Notes: generated by a model from the letters alone, not told the origin. Positions 39,166 through 51,611 are shown, counted from the stretch's first letter. The stretch is 64,000 bases of DNA from Deltaproteobacteria bacterium (GCA_019310975.1 JAFDDH010000001.1:3613-67612); one strand, 5' to 3'. Translations and numbers: made by a program.

Positions 39166-40130
39166 TGCTCGCGTACGTGATCCGACGTATGGCCTATGGC
39201 GTGATCGTCGTCCTGGGTGTTCTCTTCTTCCTCTTCCTGCTCTTCTTTACGGTGACGAGTCCGGACGACGTGGCCCGCAAGGCGCTCGGTGAGCGCGTCC
39301 CGGAGGCCGTGGTCGAGCAGTGGAAGGTGAACCACGGCTACGACAAGCCGCTCTTCCCGGAGCCCGGTGCGTGGACGGACAATATGCTGGTGGAGCACTA
39401 CCGCCGCATGCTGACATTCGACTTCGGGCGCAGCGATGCGGACGACACACCGATCGCGGATCGGCTGCGCGCGGGCGTCGGGCCGAGCCTCGCGCTCACG
39501 GTTCCGCTCTTCACATTCTCGCTCCTCGCCAGCATCCCACTGGCATTGCTGGTGGCGTTATTTCGTGACACCTATATCGACCGCATGGGGGTGGTGCTCT
39601 GCGTGCTGGCCATGAGCGTGTCGATCCTGCTCTATATCATCGGCGCGCAGTACCTCATCGGGCGACTGCTGCATTGGTTCCCGATCTCGGGCTTCGATGC
39701 CGACCCGCGTGTGGTCGTGCGCTTCCTCGCGCTGCCGCTCCTAGTGGGCTTGGTCGCGGGTATCGGGGGCGATGTCCGCTTCTATCGCACAGTCTTCATC
39801 GAGGAGAGCAACACGGACTTCGTGCGCACGGCGCGGGCCAAGGGCTGTGGCGAGGCTCGCATCATGGGACGACACGTTCTCCGGAACTCCCTGATTCCGA
39901 TCCTGACCCAGGTCGTGCTCGCCATTCCCTTCCTCTTTACGGGCTCGCTTCTGCTCGAATCGTTCTTCGGGATTCCCGGGCTCGGAGCGATTACCGTGGA
40001 CGCCATCAACGGAAACGACTTCTCGGTCTTGCGAACGATGGTCTACATCGGCTCGCTTCTCTTCGTGGGTGGCCAGATCCTGACAGATCTCTCGTACGGC
40101 CTGGTCGACCCGCGCGTAAGGCTCGAGTAG
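39165..40130 (+). CDS. Peptide ABC transporter permease (OppB/DppB-like)
   Basis: DFGRS, DFVRTARAKG, HVLRNSLIP, DPRVR. Confidence 0.92.
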   Translation: MLAYVIRRMAYGVIVVLGVLFFLFLLFFTVTSPDDVARKALGERVPEAVVEQWKVNHGYDKPLFPEPGAWTDNMLVEHYRRMLTFDFGRSDADDTPIADRLRAGVGPSLALTVPLFTFSLLASIPLALLVALFRDTYIDRMGVVLCVLAMSVSILLYIIGAQYLIGRLLHWFPISGFDADPRVVVRFLALPLLVGLVAGIGGDVRFYRTVFIEESNTDFVRTARAKGCGEARIMGRHVLRNSLIPILTQVVLAIPFLFTGSLLLESFFGIPGLGAITVDAINGNDFSVLRTMVYIGSLLFVGGQILTDLSYGLVDPRVRLE

Positions 40131-40139
40131 GGGGGCGGC

Positions 40140-41162
40140 GTGGAAGCGTGGGTGTTCTCGAATATCGTCGTCGCGATCCTGATCACTGCCGCGGTCGGGC
40201 TGACGGGCGTCGTGCTGCGCAGCCGAATGTGGTCGAATGCCTTCTTGTCGCTCTGGCGAAGGCGGCGTGTCGCGATCATAGCGATCGGCTTCTATGTGCT
40301 CGTGGCGCTGCTCGACAGCGTGTCGTGGGTGGGAGGCGAGCAGTTCGGTGAGGACGCCGTTGCGAAGTACCAGGCACAGAGCATTCTGGATCGCGCCTTC
40401 GCGGGCATCCGCGAGCGCAGCTACTCAGCGCCGCTGGCCAGCGTCGAGTTCTATGGCGGCGCGCCGCTGGTGCATCCAGGTCGCCACCTGCTCGGAACCG
40501 ATCTGCTCGGCCGGGACGTTCTCCACCTGGCGCTGAAGGGCGCTCGAGTGGCGCTCCTGATCGGCGGGCTGACGAGCCTGATCGCGATTCCGCTGGCGTT
40601 GCTCTTCGGGGTCTCGGCGGGTTATTTCGGTGGACGCATTGACGACTTCGTCTTCTTCATCATGTCGACACTCGCCTCGATGCCGGGGCTGCTGCTTCTG
40701 ATCACACTCATCATGGTGATGGGCAAGAGCACATTCTCGGTCTGCATTGCGCTTGCGGTCACGGGCTGGGTGGGCTTCTGCCGCGTGTCGCGCGGCGAGA
40801 CCATCAAGCTGCGCGAACTCGAGTATATCTCGGCCGCTCGCGCGCTCGGTGTCGGAGAGATGCGGATCATCTTCCGTCACATCCTGCCCAACCTGGCGCA
40901 TCTCGTGATCATTACCTTCGTGCTGATGTTCTCGGGTTTGGTTCTTTCCGAGGCGATTCTCTCCTGGCTCGGAATCGGCGTCGACGGCAGCTGGGGCCAG
41001 ATGATCGATCAGGCTCGTGACGAGCTCTCCCGCGATCCCATCGTGTGGTGGAATATTTCGGCGGCCGGCAGCGCGCTCTTCGGCCTGATCCTGGCCGTCA
41101 ACTTCGTGGGCGATGCGCTGCGTGACGTAATGGATCCGCGCACGCTGCGGGAAGGCGAATAG
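40140..41162 (+). CDS. Peptide ABC transporter permease (OppC/DppC-like)
   Basis: HLLGTDLLGRD, EYISAARALG, HILPN, GDALRD. Confidence 0.92.
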   Translation: MEAWVFSNIVVAILITAAVGLTGVVLRSRMWSNAFLSLWRRRRVAIIAIGFYVLVALLDSVSWVGGEQFGEDAVAKYQAQSILDRAFAGIRERSYSAPLASVEFYGGAPLVHPGRHLLGTDLLGRDVLHLALKGARVALLIGGLTSLIAIPLALLFGVSAGYFGGRIDDFVFFIMSTLASMPGLLLLITLIMVMGKSTFSVCIALAVTGWVGFCRVSRGETIKLRELEYISAARALGVGEMRIIFRHILPNLAHLVIITFVLMFSGLVLSEAILSWLGIGVDGSWGQMIDQARDELSRDPIVWWNISAAGSALFGLILAVNFVGDALRDVMDPRTLREGE

Positions 41163-41199
41163 GGGAAGTGGGCCGAACAAGCCGCAGGAAGAGAGCCGA

Positions 41200-43205
<2,006 letters not shown>

Positions 43206-43315
43206 CGCGCGTCCACGCGATTCCTCTGCTCTTTCGCGCGTCCAGCCCGCCGCCTGCACGTTTCGCTCATGCGCAGGTCGCGGCCGGACGATGGATTCGG
43301 GCGAGGGAGGCCTGC

Positions 43316-44404
43316 ATGGCCAAGACCGATAGGCCCCGGGTCGGCGAGATCCTGCTTCGGGCCGGAGTCATCGACAAGCACCAGCTCCAGGCCGCGCTCG
43401 GCGAGCAGCGGCGCTGGGGCCGTCGGCTCGGGTCGACGCTGATCAAGATGGGCTTCATCGAGGAGCGCGCATTGGTGCGCGCGCTGGCGAGCCAGCTGGA
43501 CTTGCCCGTGGCGACCCTCGAGGGCAAACGCATCCATCCGGAAGTCCTCGGCCTGGTCCCCCGGGCGGTGGCTGAGAAGTACATGGTGATCCCGCTCTTC
43601 GTGAAGAAGGAGGGGTCCATGAACTGTCTCTTCGTTGGAATGGAGGACCCGAGCAGCCTCGACGTGCTGGACGAGCTCTCGTTCCGCTCCGGCATGACGG
43701 TGCGACCGGTTCTGGTCGGCCCGTCCGAGCTGGCCGAGGCAATCGATCGCTACTACTGCCGCGACGGCGAGGGTGACGCTGAGGGTGACGCTGAGGGTGC
43801 ACCACTCGATGAGACGAATCCGATCGTCGAGGCCGAGCTGAGCGTCGACGTCGACACGATTGCCGATCCGCCTGCGCCGCCCGCACCGCCCGTGGCCGAT
43901 GGGCCGTCGGGCACAGCGGAGCTGGCCCGCTTCTGGGCGATATCGGAGAACGAGGAGGGCGATGCCAACGACACGACTCTGCCCGAAGGCGCCGGGATCG
44001 ATGCGTCGGCTCCGACGCCCGCCCCAGTCGCCTCGCCGCAGCCGTCCGCCCCTTCACCCCCGCCTGCTCTCGCACCGGCACAGGCCGCGGCCCCGGAGCT
44101 CGCCGCACCCGAGCCTCTGATCGTGCACGACCGCCCCGACCCGCCGATGCCCGAGATTGCGCTCGATTCCCTTGCGCCCTCGACCGCACCCGCACCCACA
44201 CCCGCACCCGCGCCAACGCAGCAGGCCGCACCGCGGCGGCCCGCCGCAGTGCCGCCGCCGGCGAGCGACGCGGCCATGAATGCCCGCATGCGCCTGGTCC
44301 TGCAGGCGCTCACGCAGCTCCTGATCGAGAAGGGCCTGCTCACGAACGACGAGCTGCATGCGCGGGTCCGCGACCTGCAGCTCATGAGCGGGTCGGACGG
44401 CTGA
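43316..44404 (+). CDS. Stand-alone MshEN/GspE-N domain protein (candidate c-di-GMP receptor)
   Basis: Tandem RVGEILLRAGVI..LQAALGEQ / RLGSTLIKMGFI..LVRALASQ; Pro/Ala linker; no ATPase domain. Confidence 0.87.
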   Translation: MAKTDRPRVGEILLRAGVIDKHQLQAALGEQRRWGRRLGSTLIKMGFIEERALVRALASQLDLPVATLEGKRIHPEVLGLVPRAVAEKYMVIPLFVKKEGSMNCLFVGMEDPSSLDVLDELSFRSGMTVRPVLVGPSELAEAIDRYYCRDGEGDAEGDAEGAPLDETNPIVEAELSVDVDTIADPPAPPAPPVADGPSGTAELARFWAISENEEGDANDTTLPEGAGIDASAPTPAPVASPQPSAPSPPPALAPAQAAAPELAAPEPLIVHDRPDPPMPEIALDSLAPSTAPAPTPAPAPTQQAAPRRPAAVPPPASDAAMNARMRLVLQALTQLLIEKGLLTNDELHARVRDLQLMSGSDG

Positions 44405-44581
44405 CGACCCGCCGACCCTCCCCCCGATTCACTTGACACCGGGCAGTCGGGTCGCGACTCTGCGGCCCTCGCCCCACCCACACCGGTCGCCTCGCGCCAA
44501 TCGGCCGCAGCGCGCGCCGCGGGCACCCACCGGCCGATCCAGGCACCCAGCCATCCAACACATGGCAGATGGAGTGATTGA

Positions 44582-44890
44582 ATGCGCCTCGAGTATGGCA
44601 TCGAGCTCAACGAGATCGAGATACCCCGATTTTCCGTGGAGGCCGTGGAGGGCATCGCCAAGCTCTTTACGCTCGCCACCCTGGTGCTCAACGTGCTGGA
44701 GACGAAGAAGTCCGTCGAGATCGTCTTCCACGGGCTCAACCCCGAGGACCCGGATCGCAAGATTTCAAGCTTCCGCGAGGTCATCATGACCTGCGAGAGC
44801 AGTCCCGAGCTGGTCTTCGAGCCCGGCGCCGGGGGTTGCGTCTCCGGGTCGTCCAGCTCCTACCAGTGGCTCGTCATCTCGCGCGCCTGA
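44582..44890 (+). CDS. Hypothetical protein (102 aa)
   Basis: GGAG RBS, coding-like codon usage; TTGACA at 44433 upstream. Confidence 0.7.
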   Translation: MRLEYGIELNEIEIPRFSVEAVEGIAKLFTLATLVLNVLETKKSVEIVFHGLNPEDPDRKISSFREVIMTCESSPELVFEPGAGGCVSGSSSSYQWLVISRA

Positions 44891-45073
44891 TTGGTCCACC
44901 GCCCTCACCCAAGGCCCCGGCCCGATTGACGCACCGCGCGAGCGACCGCGGGAGCGCGACGCCTGCGGCGTGTCGCACTATGCTCGTGCCGAGCCCGCAT
45001 CGGAGGGGAGGCTTTGCTCCGGCGTGTCCGTACGCCACAGCGCCGCGCGAGTCGAGGCTGGATCGCCTGTGCG

Positions 45074-46891
45074 ATGCGCGCCGCGCTCGCAATCGGTCTA
45101 CTCGTTTCGGCCGGCTGTTCCGGCCGGCCGGATCCGCCTTCCGCCGACCCGCTGACGAAGCGGACCCTCAGTGCGGGAGACGTCGTTGGCTTCGTCTCTG
45201 ACAAGGGCTCACACGCATGGCGTGGCATTCCCTTCGCAGAGCCACCCGTGGGCGGTCTGCGCTGGCGCGCCCCGCGACCGCCGGCAGCCTGGGCCGGCGT
45301 GCGCGAGGCGCTGGAGCATGGCTCGGCGTGCGTCCAATACGGCGGACCGCTGGGTGGCGGGGGCAAGTCCGGAGAGCCGACCGGCGACGAGGACTGCCTC
45401 TACTTGAACGTCTACGCGCCAGCGATGACCGAGGCCGAGGGCGCGCGCCTCGACGAGCGGCTGCCCGTGATGCTCTGGATCCATGGTGGCGGCAACACAA
45501 TCGGCAGTGCGAACCTCTACGACGGCAGCACGCTGGCGGTGACGCAGAGTGTAATCGTCGTGACGCTGAACTACCGGCTGGGTGTCTTCGGCTGGTTCAG
45601 TCATCCCGTCCTGCATGCCCGCGATGAGTCGCCGGAAGATCGCTCGGGCAACTACGGGACCCTCGATCTGGTCCGCGCGCTCGAGTGGGTGCGCGACGAG
45701 ATCGGTGCTTTTGGGGGTGATCCGTCGCGCGTGACGATCTTCGGCGAGTCCGCCGGTGGGCGCAATGTCTACTCGCTGCTTCTCTCACCGCGTGCCGAGG
45801 GTCTCTTCCACCGGGCCGTCGTGCAGAGTGGTGGACTGCGGACCGCCACGCTCGACGAAGCGCGCAACCCGCGCGACGCGGACAAGCCCGGCCATCCGAT
45901 GAGCTCGGCCGAGGTGACCTACGCGCTTCTGGAAGGGTCGGGGCGCGCAGCGGGCCGCGAGGCGGCTCGCAGCGCGGTGAAGGGCATGACGACGCAGGAG
46001 GTGGCCGATCTGCTGCGTGGCGCACCGGCATCCGACATCCTGCGGCTCTTCGATGGCAAGCGATTGGGCGGCATGTACGACCACCCGGGGATGGTGCGTG
46101 ACGGCGCGATCACGGCGCTCGGCGATCCGTTGGCGCTGCTGGCCTCCGGTCGATACAACAAGGTGCCAGTCATGCTGGGCAGCAACCGCGACGAAGCGCG
46201 GCTCTTTGCGATGATGAGCTCGGACAACGTGACGCGCCTCTTTGGCCTGCCTGTCTGGATCCGGGACGAGCGCCGCTACCAACTCGAGACCGAGTATCCG
46301 AGCCTGATGTGGAAGGCCACGGGAGTCGACGAGCCCGCGGCGGCGATGCGCGCCTCACAGGGCCCGAGTGTCTTCGCCTATCGCTTCGACTGGGACGAGG
46401 AGCCAAAGATCCTGATGTCCGACTACTCGAAGCTGCTCGGGGCAGCGCACGGGCTCGAGGTCCCCTTCGTATTCGGCCGGATGCGATTCTTCGGTGCCGA
46501 CTTCATGGTCTTCGACGACGAAACGCTGCCGGCCGCCGAGGATCTCTCACGCGATATCATGTCGTACTGGGGCCAATTCGCGTGGATGGGTGATCCGGGC
46601 CATGGCTCGAGCGGACGATTGCCCCGCTGGTCGGCGTGGGACGACTCGTCGGCGGGCTCGCCACGTTACCTCGTGCTGGATACGACCGCTGGCGGCGGTA
46701 TCCGCATGTCGTCGGAGAGTGTGACCCGCGAGAGCGTGATCGCCCGTGTGGCCGAGGACGATCGCTTCCGCGACGCGAGCGAGCGCTGCGCGGTCTATCG
46801 CGGCTTCGTGGATCGCGGCGCCGTGATGGAGGTGGCCGACTACGAGCGGGTCGGCGACGGTGAGTGCCGGGAGTTTCCGCTGGACGGCTGA
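45074..46891 (+). CDS. Type B carboxylesterase, lipoprotein
   Basis: VSAGC lipobox, GIPFAEPPVG, EDCLYLNV, WIHGGG, FGESAGG, AAHGLE. Confidence 0.93.
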   Translation: MRAALAIGLLVSAGCSGRPDPPSADPLTKRTLSAGDVVGFVSDKGSHAWRGIPFAEPPVGGLRWRAPRPPAAWAGVREALEHGSACVQYGGPLGGGGKSGEPTGDEDCLYLNVYAPAMTEAEGARLDERLPVMLWIHGGGNTIGSANLYDGSTLAVTQSVIVVTLNYRLGVFGWFSHPVLHARDESPEDRSGNYGTLDLVRALEWVRDEIGAFGGDPSRVTIFGESAGGRNVYSLLLSPRAEGLFHRAVVQSGGLRTATLDEARNPRDADKPGHPMSSAEVTYALLEGSGRAAGREAARSAVKGMTTQEVADLLRGAPASDILRLFDGKRLGGMYDHPGMVRDGAITALGDPLALLASGRYNKVPVMLGSNRDEARLFAMMSSDNVTRLFGLPVWIRDERRYQLETEYPSLMWKATGVDEPAAAMRASQGPSVFAYRFDWDEEPKILMSDYSKLLGAAHGLEVPFVFGRMRFFGADFMVFDDETLPAAEDLSRDIMSYWGQFAWMGDPGHGSSGRLPRWSAWDDSSAGSPRYLVLDTTAGGGIRMSSESVTRESVIARVAEDDRFRDASERCAVYRGFVDRGAVMEVADYERVGDGECREFPLDG

Positions 46892-47649
46892 CCGCCGGGA
46901 CGCTCCACAGCCTGCTCGCGCGCGCGGCGGCGAGCATGTCGCCGCCGAATGCGGCGTGATCTGGCACGGACGGCACGCAGCGCCTGCGCGCCCTGCTGCT
47001 CGGATCCCAGGGCGCGCTCGAGCACGAAGGCTCGGGCCTCGGCCGGCACATCGAGGGTCGCGAGCGAGTGGTCGAGTCGGCCGAGGTCCTCGATCTGTCG
47101 GTGCGAACCCGGGCGGCACGCGCGCGCGCGCTGCCAGTCGATCAGAACCGGGCCATCCGGCCCGGCAATCACATTGCCGGGATGCAGATCGCCGTGCGCC
47201 CAGCCCGCGGCGTGCAGGTCACGCACCACGTCGGCCAGTGCGGCCAGGTCCTCACGCCGGCCGGCGGGGTCCGCGCGCAGAAGCGCGTGGAGCGTCGGCC
47301 CCTCGACGAAGCTGGAGACGATCAGCGCGTCGCCGCCCTGGAGCCTCGCGAGGCCGAGTGGGGTCGGAGCGCGGACGCCGAGTGAGGCCAGCGCGCCCAG
47401 CGCGCGCCACTCGCGCTGCGGCGCAGCCACACCGAGGTGGAATTTTGCCGCTTCGCGCCAGGGATGCGGGCCGCTTCGCAGGTGGAAGAGCTTGAGCAGA
47501 TGGTCGCTCTCGTGACGGCCGGCGACGCGCAGCAGGGTCCGCTGGCGGCTCGTCGCGACGAGCTCGCTGCGGTCGGGGTTGGCGAGGGCAGCCTCGATGT
47601 GTTCGTGCAGCGCCAAGCGGTCGTGCCGCCAGCGCAGGCGTGTGCTCAT
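46840..47649 (-). CDS. LPS kinase (Kdo/WaaP/InaA) family protein
   Basis: LLKLF, REWRAL, HGDLHPGNV, LIDW; overlaps the GT4 stop. Confidence 0.8.
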   Translation of the reverse strand: MSTRLRWRHDRLALHEHIEAALANPDRSELVATSRQRTLLRVAGRHESDHLLKLFHLRSGPHPWREAAKFHLGVAAPQREWRALGALASLGVRAPTPLGLARLQGGDALIVSSFVEGPTLHALLRADPAGRREDLAALADVVRDLHAAGWAHGDLHPGNVIAGPDGPVLIDWQRARACRPGSHRQIEDLGRLDHSLATLDVPAEARAFVLERALGSEQQGAQALRAVRARSRRIRRRHARRRAREQAVERPGGQPSSGNSRHSPSPTRS

Positions 47650-48815
47650 GGCCGAGCACCGGTGGTCGCGTCGGCCGATTGGCGTTCGTCGAGTACGCTT
47701 CGATACATCGCGCGCAGGCGGGCGACGTGGGTCCCCCAATCGTTCTGCTCGGCGATCTTGCGGGCGGACTCGCCGAGGCTTCGGCGGGTCGACGGATCGC
47801 GCAGGGCCTCGAGCGCCTCGGCGAATCCAGCCACGTCCTCGGCGTCCTCGACGACGCGTCCCGCCGGCGCGAGTAGCTCCATCGCCCCGTTGGCACGACT
47901 GCTGACCACGGGCAGGCCGCTGGCGGCCGCCTCCAGGCAGGCATTCGAAAAGGCGTCGTAGCGTGTGGGCAGGAGCAATCCGTCGGCAGCCGTGTAGACG
48001 ATTGGCATGTCGGAGCGTGCGCCGAGGAAGCGCACACGTGCGTCGAGCCCGAGCTCGCGCGCACGTCGCCGCCACGGGGCCGGGTCGTCGCGCCCGGCGA
48101 CCCAGAGCTCTGCCCCGGCGTCGCGGCATGCGGCGAGCGCCTCGAGCGCGGTGCCGAGCCCCTTGCGTCGCGCTCCGGAGCCCGCCAGCAGCCATATCGG
48201 ACCCGCCCCCTTGGTGAGACTCTCGCGCAGCGTGCGTGCCGCTCGGCGGTGTGCGGTGGGGTGAAATCGCAGGCAGTCCACGCCATTGTGGATGACCCGC
48301 AGGCGGGCGGGCTCGAGCGCGAAGCGGGCCACGAGCTCGTCGCGCACGCCCTCACTCACGCACTGCACGATCAGGCGGTCGTCGGCGTAGAGGGCGCGCT
48401 CCGCATCGAGCAGGACGCGATGGCGAGGCGAGAGTGCGCGCCAGCGAGCGCCCCGGCTCCCGTACGTACGCAGCATGAAGTCGGCGTGACTGCCCCCGCC
48501 GGCGCGGTGCACGCTCTGGCGGCGGACGCGCGTGAAGCCGTGGACGACGTCGAGCTTCGGCCCGAGCGTGCGCACGATCTCGTCCGCGCGCCGCGAAAAG
48601 AGCACGACGCGTCGTGGCTGCCAGGTGGTCGGAACGTGTATCCGATGGATATGAAGCCGATCCGCGGGCAGCAGACCGCGGGGCTGCGCGGCGACACGGG
48701 CAATCACGTGCACCGTGTCGCCGGCGGCCAACAGGCCGCGCACCACGTTCCAGGCCGCCTGTTCGACCCCACCGCCCGACGGCAGGAAGCGCTCGATGAC
48801 GATCGCGATGCGCAT
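47646..48815 (-). CDS. Glycosyltransferase family 4 (WaaG-like)
   Basis: GGGVEQ, VIHNGVD, RKGL, YDAFSNACLEAAASGLPVV. Confidence 0.9.
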   Translation of the reverse strand: MRIAIVIERFLPSGGGVEQAAWNVVRGLLAAGDTVHVIARVAAQPRGLLPADRLHIHRIHVPTTWQPRRVVLFSRRADEIVRTLGPKLDVVHGFTRVRRQSVHRAGGGSHADFMLRTYGSRGARWRALSPRHRVLLDAERALYADDRLIVQCVSEGVRDELVARFALEPARLRVIHNGVDCLRFHPTAHRRAARTLRESLTKGAGPIWLLAGSGARRKGLGTALEALAACRDAGAELWVAGRDDPAPWRRRARELGLDARVRFLGARSDMPIVYTAADGLLLPTRYDAFSNACLEAAASGLPVVSSRANGAMELLAPAGRVVEDAEDVAGFAEALEALRDPSTRRSLGESARKIAEQNDWGTHVARLRAMYRSVLDERQSADATTGARP

Positions 48816-48841
48816 CGGCTCGGGCCGACCCCCAACCCCGG

Positions 48842-49153
48842 CTAGTCGGCGAGCGGGCTTCGCCGCCGCGCCGCCAGGCCGGCGAACGCCGCGCACAGAC
48901 CGAAGCCGGCGGCGCTCGCGAACGGGCTCGCCTGAGCGGGTCGGCAGAACCCGGTCGGGCAGAATGCGCCCGGCTGTGCGGATCCGGGTTTGGCGGCTTC
49001 CGCAGCCGTGGCCCGAATCGGTGGTCCTGGGATCGCCGACCCGGTGCCGGGCGAAGCCGCCGCCGTCGCTGCGCCGGCCGCCAGCCCGAATCCGATGACC
49101 AGCGTGAGCCAGCCGCTTCGCAGCGGGGCGAGAATCGAGGCGTCGAGTCGCAT
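48842..49153 (-). CDS. Small exported protein with C-terminal TM-RRR sorting-like tail
   Basis: N-terminal signal, FCPTGFC, C-terminal hydrophobic helix followed by RRR. Confidence 0.55.
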   Translation of the reverse strand: MRLDASILAPLRSGWLTLVIGFGLAAGAATAAASPGTGSAIPGPPIRATAAEAAKPGSAQPGAFCPTGFCRPAQASPFASAAGFGLCAAFAGLAARRRSPLAD

Positions 49154-49207
49154 GCCATGAGGATATCCCGCTCGCTCGCCACGGTCATCCCTGCGTGTTA
49201 TTGCCGT

Positions 49208-49237
49208 TTGACTGCCGCAGCGCTTCCTACCTATATT
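49208..49237 (+). promoter_or_regulatory. sigma70-type promoter for the tetR-ABC operon
   Basis: TTGACT-N18-TATATT. Confidence 0.5.
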
Positions 49238-49356
49238 CGCCGCGCCGATTCACCACGCCCCTACGCCCATAGAGGAGGGCTGGAAGCTCGGCCCGTCCTC
49301 GCCCTGGGCTCATGTGCGCCCAGAACTCGTCTTCGATTCGAGCATCCAGAGATCCA

Positions 49357-50004
49357 ATGCCCGACTCCACGCGTGACCGCGCTCACCAGGGCCGTGACAA
49401 GCGCGGCCTGATCCTGGAGTCCGCCATCAAGGTCTTCGCCCGTACGGGCTATCACGGCTCGCGCGTGTCGGATATCGCTCGCGAGGCGGGCATCGCCTAT
49501 GGGCTCGTCTACCACTATTTCAAGAACAAAGAGGAGATCCTCGAAACGATCTTCGAGGAGCAGTGGTCGGGCTTCCTGGGCGCGGTGGACGCCATCGCGG
49601 ACGGCAGCAGCGCCACCGAGGACAAGCTGCTCTCCATCGCGGGGCTGATCCTCAATGCGTACCGGGTGCGCACGGACTGGGTGAAGGTGCTCGTCTTCGA
49701 GATCCAGCGCTCGCCGCGCTTCCGCAATCCGGATCAGATTCGCGCGATCAGCCGGCTCTTCCAGATCGTGGCACGCATCCTGCGCGATGGGCAGAAGGCC
49801 GGTGAGCTACGCGACGATCTCGACCCGGACATCGCCTGCTACGTCTTCATCGGTGGGCTCGACATCGTCGTCACGAGTCGAGTCCTCGAGCTGATCGAGA
49901 TCGAGCCGGGCACGCCCGACGAAGCGCAGTACCATCTGAAGGTGGCGCGTACGATGGTGGACCTCTTCCTGAACGGCATCCGCAACCCAGAGGGCGATTC
50001 GTGA
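49357..50004 (+). CDS. TetR/AcrR family regulator
   Basis: ILESAIKVFARTGYHGSRVSDIAREAGIAYGLVYHYFKNKEE helix-turn-helix. Confidence 0.93.
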   Translation: MPDSTRDRAHQGRDKRGLILESAIKVFARTGYHGSRVSDIAREAGIAYGLVYHYFKNKEEILETIFEEQWSGFLGAVDAIADGSSATEDKLLSIAGLILNAYRVRTDWVKVLVFEIQRSPRFRNPDQIRAISRLFQIVARILRDGQKAGELRDDLDPDIACYVFIGGLDIVVTSRVLELIEIEPGTPDEAQYHLKVARTMVDLFLNGIRNPEGDS

Positions 50005-50798
50005 GCGCAGGGATCGAGGTCACAGAAACTCCCGCAATCGAGGTCGAGGGCCTCTGCAAGCGCTATGGCGACTTCGAGGCCGTGCACGGGCTCCACTTCC
50101 GGGTCGCGCCCGGTGAGGTGGTGGGCTTGCTCGGCCCCAATGCTGCGGGCAAGACCACCACGATGCGTATGCTGACGGGCTTCATTCCGCCCTCTGACGG
50201 TCGCGTTCTGATCGCCGGTCACGACGTCCTGACCGATCCACTGGGCGCACGGGCCGCGGTGGGCTACCTGCCCGAGAGCCCGCCCCTCTATCCGGAGATG
50301 ACGGTGCGCGCGTACGTCTCCTTCGTGGCGTCCATCAAGGACGTGCCGCGCCGCGAGCGGGCCGACGCGGTCGAGCGGGCGATCGCGCGCTGCGGGCTCA
50401 GCGAGGTGAGCCGCCGCGTGATCGGTCAGCTCTCGAAGGGCTATCGCCAGCGCGTCGGTCTCGCCCAGGCCATCGTCCACGAGCCCGAGGTGCTCGTGCT
50501 CGACGAGCCGACCGTCGGGCTCGATCCGATCCAGATCCGCGAGATCCGTGGACTCATCGCCGAGCTCGCCTCGCCGGAGCACGGTCGCGGCCGGCAGAGC
50601 GTCATCCTCTCGACCCATATCCTGAACGAGGTCGAGGCCATCTGTCAGCGAGTCATGATGATCCATCACGGGCGCATGGTGATCGATCAGCCGCTCGCCG
50701 AGCTCACAGCGGGCGGTCAGCGCCTCGAGGAGGTCTTCGCGCACATCACCTCACGCGACGACGCCCCTTCCCCCGTTGATGCCGAGGCGTCTCCTTGA
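50001..50798 (+). CDS. ABC transporter ATP-binding protein (GldA-like)
   Basis: GPNAAGKTT, LSKGYRQRVG, LDEPTVGLDP. Confidence 0.9.
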   Translation: MSAGIEVTETPAIEVEGLCKRYGDFEAVHGLHFRVAPGEVVGLLGPNAAGKTTTMRMLTGFIPPSDGRVLIAGHDVLTDPLGARAAVGYLPESPPLYPEMTVRAYVSFVASIKDVPRRERADAVERAIARCGLSEVSRRVIGQLSKGYRQRVGLAQAIVHEPEVLVLDEPTVGLDPIQIREIRGLIAELASPEHGRGRQSVILSTHILNEVEAICQRVMMIHHGRMVIDQPLAELTAGGQRLEEVFAHITSRDDAPSPVDAEASP

Positions 50799-51595
50799 GA
50801 CATGTCGCCGCCATCGCGGGCCGGGAGTTCCGTTCGTTCTTCGTCTCGCCGGTCGCGTTCGTGGTGTTGACGCTCTGGTCCGTGCTCGCCGGGACGTTCT
50901 TCCTCTCGACGCTCTTCGACTTCCAGCAGCGTGTTCTGCTCGCCCAACAGTTCCAGCAGGTCGACCAGCTCGCCCAGATGAATCTGAACGACTCGCTGGT
51001 GTCGCCCTTTCTGGGCGCCATGTGGTTCGTGATGCTCTTTCTGCTGCCGGCCGTCACGATGGGACTCTTTGCGAACGACAAGGCGAATGGCACCGACGAG
51101 CTGCTCTTGACCAGCCCGCTCACGGTCTGGGAGATCGTGTTCGGCAAGTTCGCGGCCGCCGCCGGCTTCGCGCTGGTCATGGTCGCCATCGCTGCGTTCT
51201 ATCCCGGGCTGCTCTTCTACTTTGGCGAGCCGGATGTGGGCAAGACACTGGCCGGGCTACTCGGGCTAATGCTCGTGAGCTTCGCCTACGTGGCGGTGGG
51301 GGCATTTGCATCGTCGCTCACGCAAAATCAACTCATCGCGTTCATCGTTGGGCTCGTTCTGATATTGGTGATGGGCGTCATGCTGCCCTTCCTCGTCGAT
51401 ATCGCATTCTCGGGAGCGGGTGTGCCGGCCGCGGACGCAATCGGTGGACTGATGCGTTGGGTGGCCACGGGCTACCACTTCGAACATCTGATCTCCGGCG
51501 AAATAGACACTGCCGATCTCGCCTATTTCGTCGTCGCAATCGGGGTCTTCCTCACGCTCTCGAAGGCCGTCGTGGAGTCCAGTCGATGGCGCTAG
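50795..51595 (+). CDS. ABC-2 permease (GldF-like)
   Basis: REFRSFFVSPVAF, GTDELLLTSP, SSLTQNQ. Confidence 0.88.
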   Translation: MRHVAAIAGREFRSFFVSPVAFVVLTLWSVLAGTFFLSTLFDFQQRVLLAQQFQQVDQLAQMNLNDSLVSPFLGAMWFVMLFLLPAVTMGLFANDKANGTDELLLTSPLTVWEIVFGKFAAAAGFALVMVAIAAFYPGLLFYFGEPDVGKTLAGLLGLMLVSFAYVAVGAFASSLTQNQLIAFIVGLVLILVMGVMLPFLVDIAFSGAGVPAADAIGGLMRWVATGYHFEHLISGEIDTADLAYFVVAIGVFLTLSKAVVESSRWR

Positions 51596-51611
51596 CCAAG
51601 GGAGATGCACT

